From: a virus
IMG/VR virus record: IMGVR_UViG_3300044568_003939
Strand: one strand, 5' to 3'
DNA length: 64,000 nucleotides
Part shown: positions 1 through 8,556 of the stretch, in pieces
Position numbering within the stretch: the first letter of the stretch is position 1
Layout: every line of letters begins with the position of its first letter
Translations under genes and position numbers: made by a program
The notes under the pieces: model-generated
Seen by the model: the letters and a program-made list of their open reading frames with translations, nothing else
Database searches by the model: none
What the model was told of the DNA's origin: nothing

Positions 1-39
1 TTTAGTGTATAATAATCTTGTAAGGCAAACCACCACATC
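1..39 (+). promoter_or_regulatory. Early promoter cassette (partial): -10 TATAAT at 8-13 plus conserved GTAAGGCAAACCACCAC leader
   Basis: Near-identical to copies at about 5830 and 22795; -35 lies outside the window. Confidence 0.8.
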
Positions 40-333
40 ATGAGTTTAGAAAAAGCAATCATTCACCGGAAAGAAAATCGCAAACCATATCGCGGCAGCA
101 AGGCATTTGATTGCTCTTGCCGCAACCACGGCAGCTGCGCCTATTGCGAAAGCAATCGTACGCTCTTCGACAAGAAAGCTCGGATGCGGGTCGAGGGTCA
201 AGTGGATGAATGGTTTGGTTATTGGAACCTTCCAGACCCGTACGATGCCTCGAGCGATGCATACGATGAGCGTCTCAAGCAAATTGACGTTGACCCTTGG
301 GACTTTGAGACACGTCGAGAATTAGATATCTAA
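40..333 (+). CDS. Hypothetical phage protein with basic N-terminus and Cys/His cluster (CSCRNHGSCAYC)
   Basis: ORF directly after early promoter; putative Zn-binding motif. Confidence 0.75.
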   Translation: MSLEKAIIHRKENRKPYRGSKAFDCSCRNHGSCAYCESNRTLFDKKARMRVEGQVDEWFGYWNLPDPYDASSDAYDERLKQIDVDPWDFETRRELDI

Positions 334-352
334 ACACAAATAAAATAAGCAT

Positions 353-814
353 ATGAAACCACAATACATTGAAATTGATGAAGGCGGCAAAAAGCGTTAC
401 TACTCTGACCGACATATGACTATTGCACATCGACTAGATGGGCCAGCAGTTGAATATGCTGATGGAAGTAAAGAGTGGTTTGTTAATGGTAAGCTTCATC
501 GTACTGATGGTCCAGCAATTGAATGGGCTGATGGAGGTAGAGCATGGTGGCTAGATGGTAAGCTTCATCGTCTTGATGGTCCAGCAATTGAATGGGCTGA
601 TGGAGGTAGAGCATGGTGGCTAGATGGTAAGCTTCATCGTCTTGATGGTCCAGCAGTTGAATATGCTAATGGAAGTAAAGCATGGTATGTTGATGGTAAA
701 CGTCTCACTGAAGAACAATTCAATGCTCTCACAGCACCAACACTAGAGTTGACACTTGAAGACATTGCTGCTAAGTTTGGTGTTGATGTTGGTAAGATCA
801 AGATTGTAAAGTGA
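353..814 (+). CDS. HRLDGPA(I/V)E 23-aa repeat protein with C-terminal ELTLEDIAAKFGVDVGKIKIVK module
   Basis: Four repeat units; paralogs at 839 and 9262. Confidence 0.85.
   Translation: MKPQYIEIDEGGKKRYYSDRHMTIAHRLDGPAVEYADGSKEWFVNGKLHRTDGPAIEWADGGRAWWLDGKLHRLDGPAIEWADGGRAWWLDGKLHRLDGPAVEYANGSKAWYVDGKRLTEEQFNALTAPTLELTLEDIAAKFGVDVGKIKIVK
505..655 (+). repeat. 69-bp perfect tandem repeat inside repeat-protein gene
   Basis: DGPAIEWADGGRAWWLDGKLHRL is encoded twice with identical DNA. Confidence 0.9.
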
Positions 815-834
815 CAGGAACAATAATATAATAA
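746..834 (+). repeat. 89-bp dispersed repeat copy 1 (C-terminal peptide + stop + promoter)
   Basis: Identical to 9514-9602; about 6 mismatches to 10174-10260. Confidence 0.95.
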
Positions 835-838
835 AAGT
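804..838 (+). promoter_or_regulatory. GGAAC-N5-TATAAT promoter (TTGTAA-N17-TATAAT), likely leaderless
   Basis: GGAAC at 817-821, TATAAT at 827-832, ATG at 839. Confidence 0.7.
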
Positions 839-1273
839 ATGCAAGAACAATACATCGAGACATTAAAGAACGGTACAAAGAAGTACTACAAAGACAAAGC
901 TAAGACAATTCTTCACCGTGAAGACGGTCCAGCAATTGAATATGCTGATGGAGGTAAAGAATGGCTAGTTGATGGTAAGTATCATCGGCTTGATGGTCCA
1001 GCAATTGAAAGCGCTAATGGTAAAGAAGCATGGTGCATCAACGGAGAATCTATTTCTGAGGATGAGTTCTTCAAGCGTACCGATTGGCGTGAAGACCAAC
1101 ACATTGTAGATCTTCAATACCTGCGTAATTTACTCTCCATTGGCACAGTTGACACAGCTGACACAGCTAGCGAACTTCTCAAGACAAGCCTCATCAAGAT
1201 GGCCCTAGACAGTGTCAATGAAATGCATCGCGTCGCGATGGAGGAGAAGAGGGCTAACGGATTTGTTGGATAA
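839..1273 (+). CDS. HRLDGPA repeat protein with unrelated C-terminus
   Basis: Two repeat units; start region identical to the 9262 gene. Confidence 0.85.
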   Translation: MQEQYIETLKNGTKKYYKDKAKTILHREDGPAIEYADGGKEWLVDGKYHRLDGPAIESANGKEAWCINGESISEDEFFKRTDWREDQHIVDLQYLRNLLSIGTVDTADTASELLKTSLIKMALDSVNEMHRVAMEEKRANGFVG

Positions 1274-1275
1274 AG

Positions 1276-1298
1276 GGAACACCGATATAATAAAAATT
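1276..1298 (+). promoter_or_regulatory. GGAAC-N5-TATAAT promoter
   Basis: ggaac accga tataat, ATG at 1299. Confidence 0.65.
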
Positions 1299-1460
1299 AT
1301 GATTACAGAAAAAGAAATTGAACAAAAAGCAAATGATGCATTAAAAAGTTTGGAAGCTAAGGTTGACAAATTAAATGATGGTAGCAAACAAAGTAAAGTA
1401 ATCATTTGGGTTATTGCTGCAGTGATTGCTGTAATCATCATTTACTTTAAGCAACACTAA
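1299..1460 (+). CDS. Small protein with coiled coil and C-terminal TM helix
   Basis: ATG after promoter; hydrophobic VIIWVIAAVIAVIIIYF. Confidence 0.7.
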   Translation: MITEKEIEQKANDALKSLEAKVDKLNDGSKQSKVIIWVIAAVIAVIIIYFKQH

Positions 1461-1464
1461 ATTT

Positions 1465-1779
1465 ATGGAAAAATTTGCAGTTAATTTTGACCGCTTTAAA
1501 GAAGAAGTATTGTTTGAATGTATCTTGCACGGCAGCTTAGTTGCATGTCAATATTCATTTGAAGATTTTTATACACACAATGGAGAACCAAAAAATTGGA
1601 AGGATGACTTCCTATCGGACGTTCATGCTTGCCGACGTATAGAATATGGTGAAGAAATTTTCTTTGTGAATCGTGATACGGAGATTGATAGTATCCGTTA
1701 TATTTTCCACGGGGGCAAAGTATATTCATTCGATTCTTACTATACTGACTGTCCCATCTTACAAAGAATCTTAAAATGA
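1465..1779 (+). CDS. Hypothetical protein
   Basis: Tightly packed co-oriented ORF. Confidence 0.7.
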   Translation: MEKFAVNFDRFKEEVLFECILHGSLVACQYSFEDFYTHNGEPKNWKDDFLSDVHACRRIEYGEEIFFVNRDTEIDSIRYIFHGGKVYSFDSYYTDCPILQRILK

Positions 1780-1922
1780 GCATTCTTTGGTTATTGAAAT
1801 TTTTAATTGCTTTTGGATGCGCATGTTGTATTTCGTACTGCACAGATTCTTTACATCGCAAAATTAAAATCATTGCATATCTGACCATCGCTTTATACTT
1901 CACATTACGTATTATTGAATAA
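1776..1922 (+). CDS. 48-aa hydrophobic microprotein (not in ORF track)
   Basis: ATGA overlap with upstream stop; fills the gap. Confidence 0.55.
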   Translation: MSILWLLKFLIAFGCACCISYCTDSLHRKIKIIAYLTIALYFTLRIIE

Positions 1923-1938
1923 TTATGAAACACAATTT

Positions 1939-2235
1939 ATGAAAATCACAGAAGAAATTATTAAAGAGTTAGATGAATTAGCAAGCTGGGACGGTTGCGA
2001 AACTGGAGGTTATTGCCATATGCTACTTGAATTGCGTGAATCATATTTACCTACATATTGCTCTATTGAATTTGCAGAGGCTTTAGATACAGAATTGATT
2101 GTTTTGTATAATTCTTTTAAAGAATTTAAAGCTGATGAAGATGAGTTGACCGCTGAATTGTCATATGCTGACAAAAGAGAAAACGCTTTAGATAAACTAA
2201 CTGATGAAGAAAAGAAAATCTTAGGATTGATTTGA
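1939..2235 (+). CDS. Hypothetical protein with C-terminal ALDKLTDEEKKILGL motif
   Basis: ORF; motif common in phage hypothetical proteins. Confidence 0.7.
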   Translation: MKITEEIIKELDELASWDGCETGGYCHMLLELRESYLPTYCSIEFAEALDTELIVLYNSFKEFKADEDELTAELSYADKRENALDKLTDEEKKILGLI

Positions 2236-2236
2236 T

Positions 2237-2515
2237 ATGAAAACAAAATACAAAATTATTAAAAGTGAGGGATGTACATCATTTGGCACTACGGTGAATG
2301 GTCAAAACGTTTATGGCGAATTTGAACCAATGTGCGAGTCTCAGATCAATGAGTTTGTGGATTATCTCTGCGAGAAATTCAAGGAAGAGTTAAAAGATAA
2401 TACTGTCAGCCTTGACGATTTGATTGGTTGTTTCCAATATGACTCTTGTGAAACTGAGGATGGTTACTGTGAGACATGCGGTGATTCTGTGACAGAAACT
2501 ACTTGGAATATTTAA
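2237..2515 (+). CDS. Hypothetical protein with CETCGD motif
   Basis: Tightly packed ORF. Confidence 0.7.
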   Translation: MKTKYKIIKSEGCTSFGTTVNGQNVYGEFEPMCESQINEFVDYLCEKFKEELKDNTVSLDDLIGCFQYDSCETEDGYCETCGDSVTETTWNI

Positions 2516-2525
2516 CATTTTCTTG

Positions 2526-2560
2526 TTTACCTTCCGAAGGAACTATGTTAAAATAATCAT
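2526..2560 (+). promoter_or_regulatory. GGAAC-N5-TAAAAT promoter (TTTACC-N17-TAAAAT)
   Basis: GGAAC at 2539, -10 at 2549-2554, ATG at 2561. Confidence 0.65.
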
Positions 2561-2923
2561 ATGACGAACGAACAATACCTAGATAAACAAAGCAATCGCA
2601 CTAAAACTATCAAAGAAAAAACCATGAATCCTGAAGCACAACGGATCGCCATCGCGAAAGCGTGTGGGTGGGAAAAAATACCATTACCAAAAGACCTTGG
2701 ATGTGGAGCATCTGCGCCAGAGAAAAAATGGTATTTAATCCATCAACTCCCCGACTACATCAACGACCTCAACGCGATGGCAGCAGCCGAGTCCATCATC
2801 ATCAAGGCTGGGGCGCAAACCATTCGGCTTTATGAGGACGCACTCCAAAAGTTTGTTGCTAACATCGTATTTGCCACCGCCGCACAACGCGCAGAAGCTT
2901 TTCTCCGCACCATTGGCAAATAG
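2561..2923 (+). CDS. DYxNDLNAM / ATAAQRAEAFL family protein
   Basis: Paralog of the 24592 and 25541 genes. Confidence 0.8.
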   Translation: MTNEQYLDKQSNRTKTIKEKTMNPEAQRIAIAKACGWEKIPLPKDLGCGASAPEKKWYLIHQLPDYINDLNAMAAAESIIIKAGAQTIRLYEDALQKFVANIVFATAAQRAEAFLRTIGK

Positions 2924-2931
2924 AAGATAAC

Positions 2932-2953
2932 GGAACTTTGGTATAATAATCAT
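2932..2953 (+). promoter_or_regulatory. GGAAC-N5-TATAAT promoter
   Basis: ggaac tttgg tataat aatcat ATG. Confidence 0.65.
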
Positions 2954-3154
2954 ATGAAAGACAGTCTATCACTTATGCAAATCAACGACCTTATTGAATA
3001 TGAAAAGCTTCATAGTTTCGTTCGTTTAGTAGCATCTGGTCCTCGTCCAGATGGCACGTACAACTACTGCCGTGACGCTTTGCAGCGACGAGCAGAAAAT
3101 GTCTTGGCTGACATTAAAAAAGTAAGAAATGAAACCATAGAAAGTATGGGCTAA
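2954..3154 (+). CDS. Hypothetical protein
   Basis: ORF after promoter. Confidence 0.7.
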   Translation: MKDSLSLMQINDLIEYEKLHSFVRLVASGPRPDGTYNYCRDALQRRAENVLADIKKVRNETIESMG

Positions 3155-3241
3155 ATGATTAACATCGACACATTTGAAATGATTTTCGCTATACCTGTTT
3201 TGATCGCAGGTTTTTGGCTTATTTACGACTCTTTTAAATAA
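3155..3241 (+). CDS. 28-aa single-TM microprotein
   Basis: ATG abuts upstream stop; hydrophobic core. Confidence 0.45.
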   Translation: MINIDTFEMIFAIPVLIAGFWLIYDSFK

Positions 3242-3251
3242 CAATAAAAAA

Positions 3252-3812
3252 ATGATTCACACATACAAAACCAATCCATTGAGAGTGTTTAAGCACCCCT
3301 CACTAATCTTTAACAGTTTCTTCTGGTGGGATTTGAAATATCAAATTTCTGCATCGTTTAATCCACGACAAAAGTGGTTAACCAAAAGCATTCCAAATAC
3401 ATGGTGTGATAAGACAACACTCATACCACATTTGCTTTTTGAGTGTCTTATTCATTATGTAGAAAAGGAAGAGGGTCTTCGGGATCAAACAGACTGGAGT
3501 GAGGATCTTAAAGCGGGATACGTGTCTCAAGAATATATTAATACTTTAAAAACAAGAGACACTCTTCTTCGTGCAGTTTATAACTACGTAAAGACTGAGC
3601 GTACAGAACTTGAAGCAGCACACGACAACTCTCATCCAATTCCGTTATGCCCCAAAAAAGATTTATTCTCAATGAGAAGTTGTGATGATGTTTATGGAAT
3701 GCCATACGCAGAAGCATATGCCGAAACAAATCGTCTCGAAAAACTAATCGAAGAAAAAGACTTGTGGGCCATGAACATCATTGTTCAATATCATCAATAC
3801 CTTTGGACATAA
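3252..3812 (+). CDS. Hypothetical protein
   Basis: 186-aa ORF. Confidence 0.75.
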   Translation: MIHTYKTNPLRVFKHPSLIFNSFFWWDLKYQISASFNPRQKWLTKSIPNTWCDKTTLIPHLLFECLIHYVEKEEGLRDQTDWSEDLKAGYVSQEYINTLKTRDTLLRAVYNYVKTERTELEAAHDNSHPIPLCPKKDLFSMRSCDDVYGMPYAEAYAETNRLEKLIEEKDLWAMNIIVQYHQYLWT

Positions 3813-3872
3813 TATGTGTTTTATAATTATTATAATCCTGCTATGCATCATCATTTACAAAGAAAATAATTC

Positions 3873-4085
3873 ATGACCGTAAAACAACTGATTGAAAAAC
3901 TAAGCGCTTATGATCCAGAAACGATGGTTATTGTTTCTGGATATGAGGATGGAGTCAATGAAGCGGAATATGCAGCTGACGTTAAGATTAAACTTAATGT
4001 GTATACCGAATGGTATTATGGTAAACATGAAGTTGCTGATCGTGATGATGATCCGTTTGACTGTGAAGCAATTTATATTCATTAA
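3873..4085 (+). CDS. Hypothetical protein (MTVKQLIEKL family)
   Basis: N-terminal motif common in phage hypothetical proteins. Confidence 0.75.
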   Translation: MTVKQLIEKLSAYDPETMVIVSGYEDGVNEAEYAADVKIKLNVYTEWYYGKHEVADRDDDPFDCEAIYIH

Positions 4086-4088
4086 ATT

Positions 4089-4562
4089 ATGACAAACCGA
4101 GAAACAATTAAATTCCGAGTCTGGACTAAAAAATATAAACGATGGTTGAGTGCCGATGACGGAGGTACACACGCTAGTAGTAACTGGGTACTTGATATTT
4201 TTACTGGAAAAATCGTAGACTATGTAAACTGCAATGGTGAGTATATACCATCACCAGAACCAGATCATTACTTTGATGGACTTACACACATCAATGAATC
4301 TCCTCTCGTCATTCAACAATGCACTGGTCTAAAAGATAAGAATGGTATAGACATCTACGAAGGCGACATTTTAGAAATTTTTAATCACTCTCATCACGAG
4401 GAGGTTGAATATGAACCTGAAGGGAGCGGTTTTGGATTTTTTGCATATGATAGTGCAAATCGAGATTGCGGTGCATTTCAATTTCTTAGCGATTGGACCA
4501 CCTCTGAAGGCTATATGATTGTTGGCAACATCTTTGAGAACAGTGAACTATTAAAAGCATGA
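4089..4562 (+). CDS. YopX family protein
   Basis: IKFRVW...QCTGLKDKNG.DIYEGDI...IVGNIFENSELL motifs. Confidence 0.9.
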   Translation: MTNRETIKFRVWTKKYKRWLSADDGGTHASSNWVLDIFTGKIVDYVNCNGEYIPSPEPDHYFDGLTHINESPLVIQQCTGLKDKNGIDIYEGDILEIFNHSHHEEVEYEPEGSGFGFFAYDSANRDCGAFQFLSDWTTSEGYMIVGNIFENSELLKA

Positions 4563-4971
4563 GAAAACTAAAATTTAGAGTGTGGTCAAAGACCTCAGAG
4601 AAGTTCTTTACAAAAGATGAATGGTTTTTGATTTTGATGGTGATTTATATTTTTTAGATATTGTAGAAAATGATATGATTAGAGTCCCTGACAATGAATA
4701 TCTCGTTCAGCAATATACTGGCCTAAAAGATAAGAATAATGTTGAGATTTATGAGGGAGATATTGTAAAATATCACGAATGTCCATTGGCTCCTGTTGTG
4801 TTCTCCCCATTTGTTGTTGGGTTTGTCTTAAACACGTCTGGTAGACATGCAATCGGCGACGATAAATATGGTAATTATATTCCCTTGGTGGCTAACTGCC
4901 CAAAAGAAGAGAATGTTTATTATGAAGTTGTTGGCAACATCTTTGAGAACAGTGAACTATTAGAAGCATGA
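4559..4971 (+). pseudogene. YopX family protein, frameshifted at T5 run 4625-4629
   Basis: MRKLKFRVW start at 4559 is out of frame with the QYTGLKDKN...GNIFEN body. Confidence 0.75.
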
Positions 4972-5341
4972 ACAGAGAAATTAAATTTAGAGTCTGGGAT
5001 AATCAGAGTGATTTTTATTGGGGTGAGGGAGAGGGAATGGATTTTAAAAAAATAGCTTTTAATTTTTATGATGCATTGTTTACTGATGAATCAAGATTTG
5101 TGTTTGAACAATACACTGGTCTAAAAGATAAGAATGGCGCTGAGATTTATGAAGGCGATATTGTAAAAGCGACATCTGATCAATACATAAATGAAAACTT
5201 TGTTGGCAAAGTGATTTTTGATGAAGGGTGTTTTTTTAACTTGGATTAATAAAAATGATATTCGGGGAATTTGGGGCGAGGAGGATATTGAGGTAATCGG
5301 CAACATCTTTGAAAACACTGAGCGTATTAGAAAAAGCATGA
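4968..5341 (+). pseudogene. YopX family protein, frameshifted at T7 run 5231-5237
   Basis: C-terminal IEVIGNIFEN motif lies in a different frame. Confidence 0.75.
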
Positions 5342-5607
5342 GCGTATTTGAAAAAGATAAAGAAAGAATGGGACTCCCGAAAGATGGCCAAAAGATTACA
5401 TTTACTCAACCTTGCACGCACGCATGGTTTACCAATGTAGTAGACGATCAAAAGTATCTTGTCATTGGACAGGAATATACCGTGCGTAAAACTCAACTTA
5501 ATTCCTCTTCGTCATATGTTTGGCTAGAAGAGATCGAGCCTTATGACGCTGAACGTGATGTGCCATTTTTCAATATGTGGAGTTTCGATTGGGAAGGTAA
5601 AAAATGA
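5338..5607 (+). CDS. Hypothetical protein
   Basis: ATG at 5338 in GCATGA junction like the other YopX junctions. Confidence 0.65.
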   Translation: MSVFEKDKERMGLPKDGQKITFTQPCTHAWFTNVVDDQKYLVIGQEYTVRKTQLNSSSSYVWLEEIEPYDAERDVPFFNMWSFDWEGKK

Positions 5608-5755
5608 GCTCATTGGATTCCATGAGCCAAAGTATTTTCGCTTTTTATGTAAAAAGATGTGTACAAAGGCCCTGAATACGGTAGGATACCCTTGTAACTG
5701 CCAAAAATCCTCGGAATCTGCAAAATCTTGCGGCCCTAGGATTTTTTATGCCTCT

Positions 5756-5868
5756 GTAACTCGTTGATTACCAACAAAAATGAAAAAATATGCATTTTTA
5801 CTGAAAAAAGTCCTTTACATGTGGGATTTTTTAGTGTATAATAATCTCGTAAGGCAAACCACCACATT
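5756..5868 (+). promoter_or_regulatory. Early promoter cassette: 20-bp upstream motif, TTTACA-N17-TATAAT, conserved leader
   Basis: -35 at 5814-5819, -10 at 5837-5842. Confidence 0.85.
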
Positions 5869-6048
5869 ATGATTACACTCGCTCCAAAATACAAGAAACA
5901 TTCCCAATATCTCGGAAAGACAATTTATAAACGTCTCCCGAACACTGGCACCAGCGGCGGAATGTGGTTGGCAGATTCCACTACGTTTCAATCATTGGCT
6001 CGTGTCAAAGCATTTTTGGAATATTACTACGGTTCAACCACAATATGA
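5869..6048 (+). CDS. 59-aa early hypothetical protein (not in ORF track)
   Basis: ATG at end of conserved leader; ATGA overlap with next gene. Confidence 0.7.
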   Translation: MITLAPKYKKHSQYLGKTIYKRLPNTGTSGGMWLADSTTFQSLARVKAFLEYYYGSTTI

Positions 6049-6200
6049 AAGTCAAGATTCACAAATTCTGGATTCCAACTACTTCCTCTGTAGGAACATC
6101 CAAATATAAGAGCTTCGTAGCAAAAGCTGATTATGATCGTGCAATGAAACAAATCAAAGAGCTCACTGAAATTATTAATCGGCTCGACGGTCTTGATTAA
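6045..6200 (+). CDS. Hypothetical protein
   Basis: MKVKIHK start overlaps the upstream stop. Confidence 0.6.
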   Translation: MKVKIHKFWIPTTSSVGTSKYKSFVAKADYDRAMKQIKELTEIINRLDGLD

Positions 6201-6201
6201 G

Positions 6202-6222
6202 GGAACTCCAATATAATAAGAC
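6202..6222 (+). promoter_or_regulatory. GGAAC-N5-TATAAT promoter
   Basis: ggaac tccaa tataat aagac ATG. Confidence 0.65.
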
Positions 6223-6423
6223 ATGAAAAAGCACACAAAACTTCCAACTGGAAGACTAACTCAGATTCAAAATTACACTCAAGAAGAACAACTTGTATTG
6301 CTTACGCATATTTGTCATCAGATCTTCATTGCCAGAAATATTAGTATGAATCAAGAAGTAATCCTTGCTAATCTAAAGAAAATTGATACACTCTTCTGTA
6401 CGGGACCAGAAGACGGAAATTAA
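6223..6423 (+). CDS. Hypothetical protein
   Basis: ORF after promoter. Confidence 0.7.
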   Translation: MKKHTKLPTGRLTQIQNYTQEEQLVLLTHICHQIFIARNISMNQEVILANLKKIDTLFCTGPEDGN

Positions 6424-6426
6424 AAT

Positions 6427-6792
6427 ATGAAATCAACCGCAGAAATAATACTTGATCGTTTTGAAGAAATTGAAGCCGACAACAGGCATCTTATTAATCA
6501 AAATAAAGTATGGAAAATCAAGTGTGAAAAACTTGAAGCTGTAGTCAAAGGTGATACATATAATATAAAAAGGCTATCTGAAGAAAATGAAAAATTGAAG
6601 ATTGAACTTGCCGAAGCAAAAGATTATGCCGATAGACTTGTAGAGCATAAAGACATGGTATGTCTACCAGCTGACCTAGCTAACCTTCGTGAAGCCAACG
6701 CTCGATTTGCCTCTGAGAATGCAAAACTTAAAGAAGGAATCAAAAGCTTATCAGAAATACTATCTATTGTAAATTACAAAATATACACATGA
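6427..6792 (+). CDS. Coiled-coil protein with DYADRLVEHKDMVCLP module
   Basis: Module shared with the 26282 gene. Confidence 0.75.
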   Translation: MKSTAEIILDRFEEIEADNRHLINQNKVWKIKCEKLEAVVKGDTYNIKRLSEENEKLKIELAEAKDYADRLVEHKDMVCLPADLANLREANARFASENAKLKEGIKSLSEILSIVNYKIYT

Positions 6793-7292
6793 GCAACACA
6801 CCAAAAACAGACGCCGCTGCTCGTCATATCGATGGATTTGCCGATCAATGGGTTCCACGATATATAAGCGAAGAAATTGAAAGAGAAATGATCGAACTGA
6901 GAAAAGCAACAACTACGCAGGAGGAATTAGATAAGTGGGAGCAATTAGCGTATGATAAACTTAGTGAAGTGTGCAAGCAAATCGAGAAAACAAGAATTGT
7001 CACCGAGCAACGAGATCAACTTAAACGTGAATGTGATGCGTGGAAAGCCGCTCACGACAATCAAGTAAAACTAAAGCAAATCATTAGTGACCGCCCTGAC
7101 TTGAAAGAGCGTGCTAAACTTGTAGCTGAGTTGATTGAAGAACGTGATGGCTGGAGAGAAGCCGCATACGCACTAGGCGAAGCAATTCCGCCATCATGGG
7201 ATGAACTACAACCTCCAGCAGCACAACTACAAAAATTTAAAGAAATGGTTGCACTTCAAAACGAGAAAACCAAAAAAGAACTTAATTTATGA
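6789..7292 (+). CDS. Coiled-coil protein with N-terminal TPxTD motif
   Basis: N-terminus resembles the 24882, 25843 and 26282 genes. Confidence 0.75.
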   Translation: MSNTPKTDAAARHIDGFADQWVPRYISEEIEREMIELRKATTTQEELDKWEQLAYDKLSEVCKQIEKTRIVTEQRDQLKRECDAWKAAHDNQVKLKQIISDRPDLKERAKLVAELIEERDGWREAAYALGEAIPPSWDELQPPAAQLQKFKEMVALQNEKTKKELNL

Positions 7293-7516
7293 AACAAGAT
7301 AGCCCGTTAATGTGTTTGGGTGTTGGTGTTTGTTTAGGAATAGCAATCCTTGCCTTAGTAATATCATTCTTTCCAAAAAATACTATTGCATATCGACAAG
7401 CAGTTAAGGATATTCATAAAGAAGCGTTTGAAAATGGCCTTATGATTAAAGAGATTAATAAAGATGATCAAGTAATTTACCGTTGGATTCACACAGAAAA
7501 ACTCGGCTACGAATAA
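7289..7516 (+). CDS. N-terminal TM hypothetical protein
   Basis: Architecture similar to the 31857 gene. Confidence 0.7.
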   Translation: MKQDSPLMCLGVGVCLGIAILALVISFFPKNTIAYRQAVKDIHKEAFENGLMIKEINKDDQVIYRWIHTEKLGYE

Positions 7517-7517
7517 T

Positions 7518-8123
7518 ATGAAAAAATGCAAAGACTGCAATGACACCCTCTTCACGGATCGTTATGAAACATGTATGACCTGTTATGAAAAATATCACAC
7601 CAAATTACTTATGAAAAAATGCCCTAATTGCGAAACCCACGCTAAAAATAGCGAGACGAAAAGCGACATCATTGGAGACTTGTGGAGCGTCTTAGACAAA
7701 ACACTCTATGAACTGCCTGTAGGCTATATTCCTGCACATACCTATGAAAGTATTCCTGAGCGAGTAGCTTATTATGTTAATGAATATACGAAACTAGTCA
7801 ATGATGTCATGAACACCGCCGATTATATCGAAAATGTGATACCTGATTTTTATCAGGATACTGAAGACATTACAATGTATAATACCACCAGAAAGTTATT
7901 CGCTATACTCAATAAGGCTGATCTTGAGTCTCGGGTAGATAGAGAAGCATTAGAAGCCCTACAAGGAGAGATTAAAATGACCTATAAGTATTATGCTGGC
8001 TTTGGAGCAAAGAAAGATCTTACGACTACTCAGATGTTGAATCATATCTTGAAGAACGTGGCAAACTATAAACCGACCAAAGAGGAGCACGATCTGGAAG
8101 ATATGAAGCAAACATCGAACTGA
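7518..8123 (+). CDS. Hypothetical protein with N-terminal CxxC motifs
   Basis: CKDC, CMTC, CPNC. Confidence 0.7.
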   Translation: MKKCKDCNDTLFTDRYETCMTCYEKYHTKLLMKKCPNCETHAKNSETKSDIIGDLWSVLDKTLYELPVGYIPAHTYESIPERVAYYVNEYTKLVNDVMNTADYIENVIPDFYQDTEDITMYNTTRKLFAILNKADLESRVDREALEALQGEIKMTYKYYAGFGAKKDLTTTQMLNHILKNVANYKPTKEEHDLEDMKQTSN

Positions 8124-8135
8124 AAGAAAAATAAC

Positions 8136-8552
8136 ATGAAATGGGAAGACTTTAAAGACAAATTAAAAAGGGGAATGGGCATTCCAAATGCTTATATTGT
8201 TGTTGATTATAATTGGACTGCCGATATACTACATTCTTACAGAAACGCTATGGAAAAATTAATTCGTAATACAGATGCTACTGATCTTAATTTAGACGAG
8301 ATGAGTATTGATAAAGCAATTGAATATCTTAAATCACTACAAGAAAAATATTCAAAGGATTGGACCGATTTACAAATCTATGAAGATTATTGCTATGAAG
8401 GCGGGTATCATCTCAAGCTTCGTGGTAAACGATTTGAAACTGATCTTGAATACGCAAATCGATTAAAGTATGAAAAAGAACGTGACGAGGAAAAAATGAT
8501 CAGAGCTCGTTCTGAATATGAGAGATTAAAAGCTTTATTTGAAAAGCAATAA
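8136..8552 (+). CDS. Hypothetical protein
   Basis: Distant similarity to the 23284 gene. Confidence 0.75.
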   Translation: MKWEDFKDKLKRGMGIPNAYIVVDYNWTADILHSYRNAMEKLIRNTDATDLNLDEMSIDKAIEYLKSLQEKYSKDWTDLQIYEDYCYEGGYHLKLRGKRFETDLEYANRLKYEKERDEEKMIRARSEYERLKALFEKQ

Positions 8553-8556
8553 TAAT

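Noticed and set aside
4619-4632. Programmed ribosomal frameshift in YopX copy 2
   Set aside because: The in-frame heptamer G-TTT-TTG is a poor slippery site; a homopolymer indel is the simpler explanation
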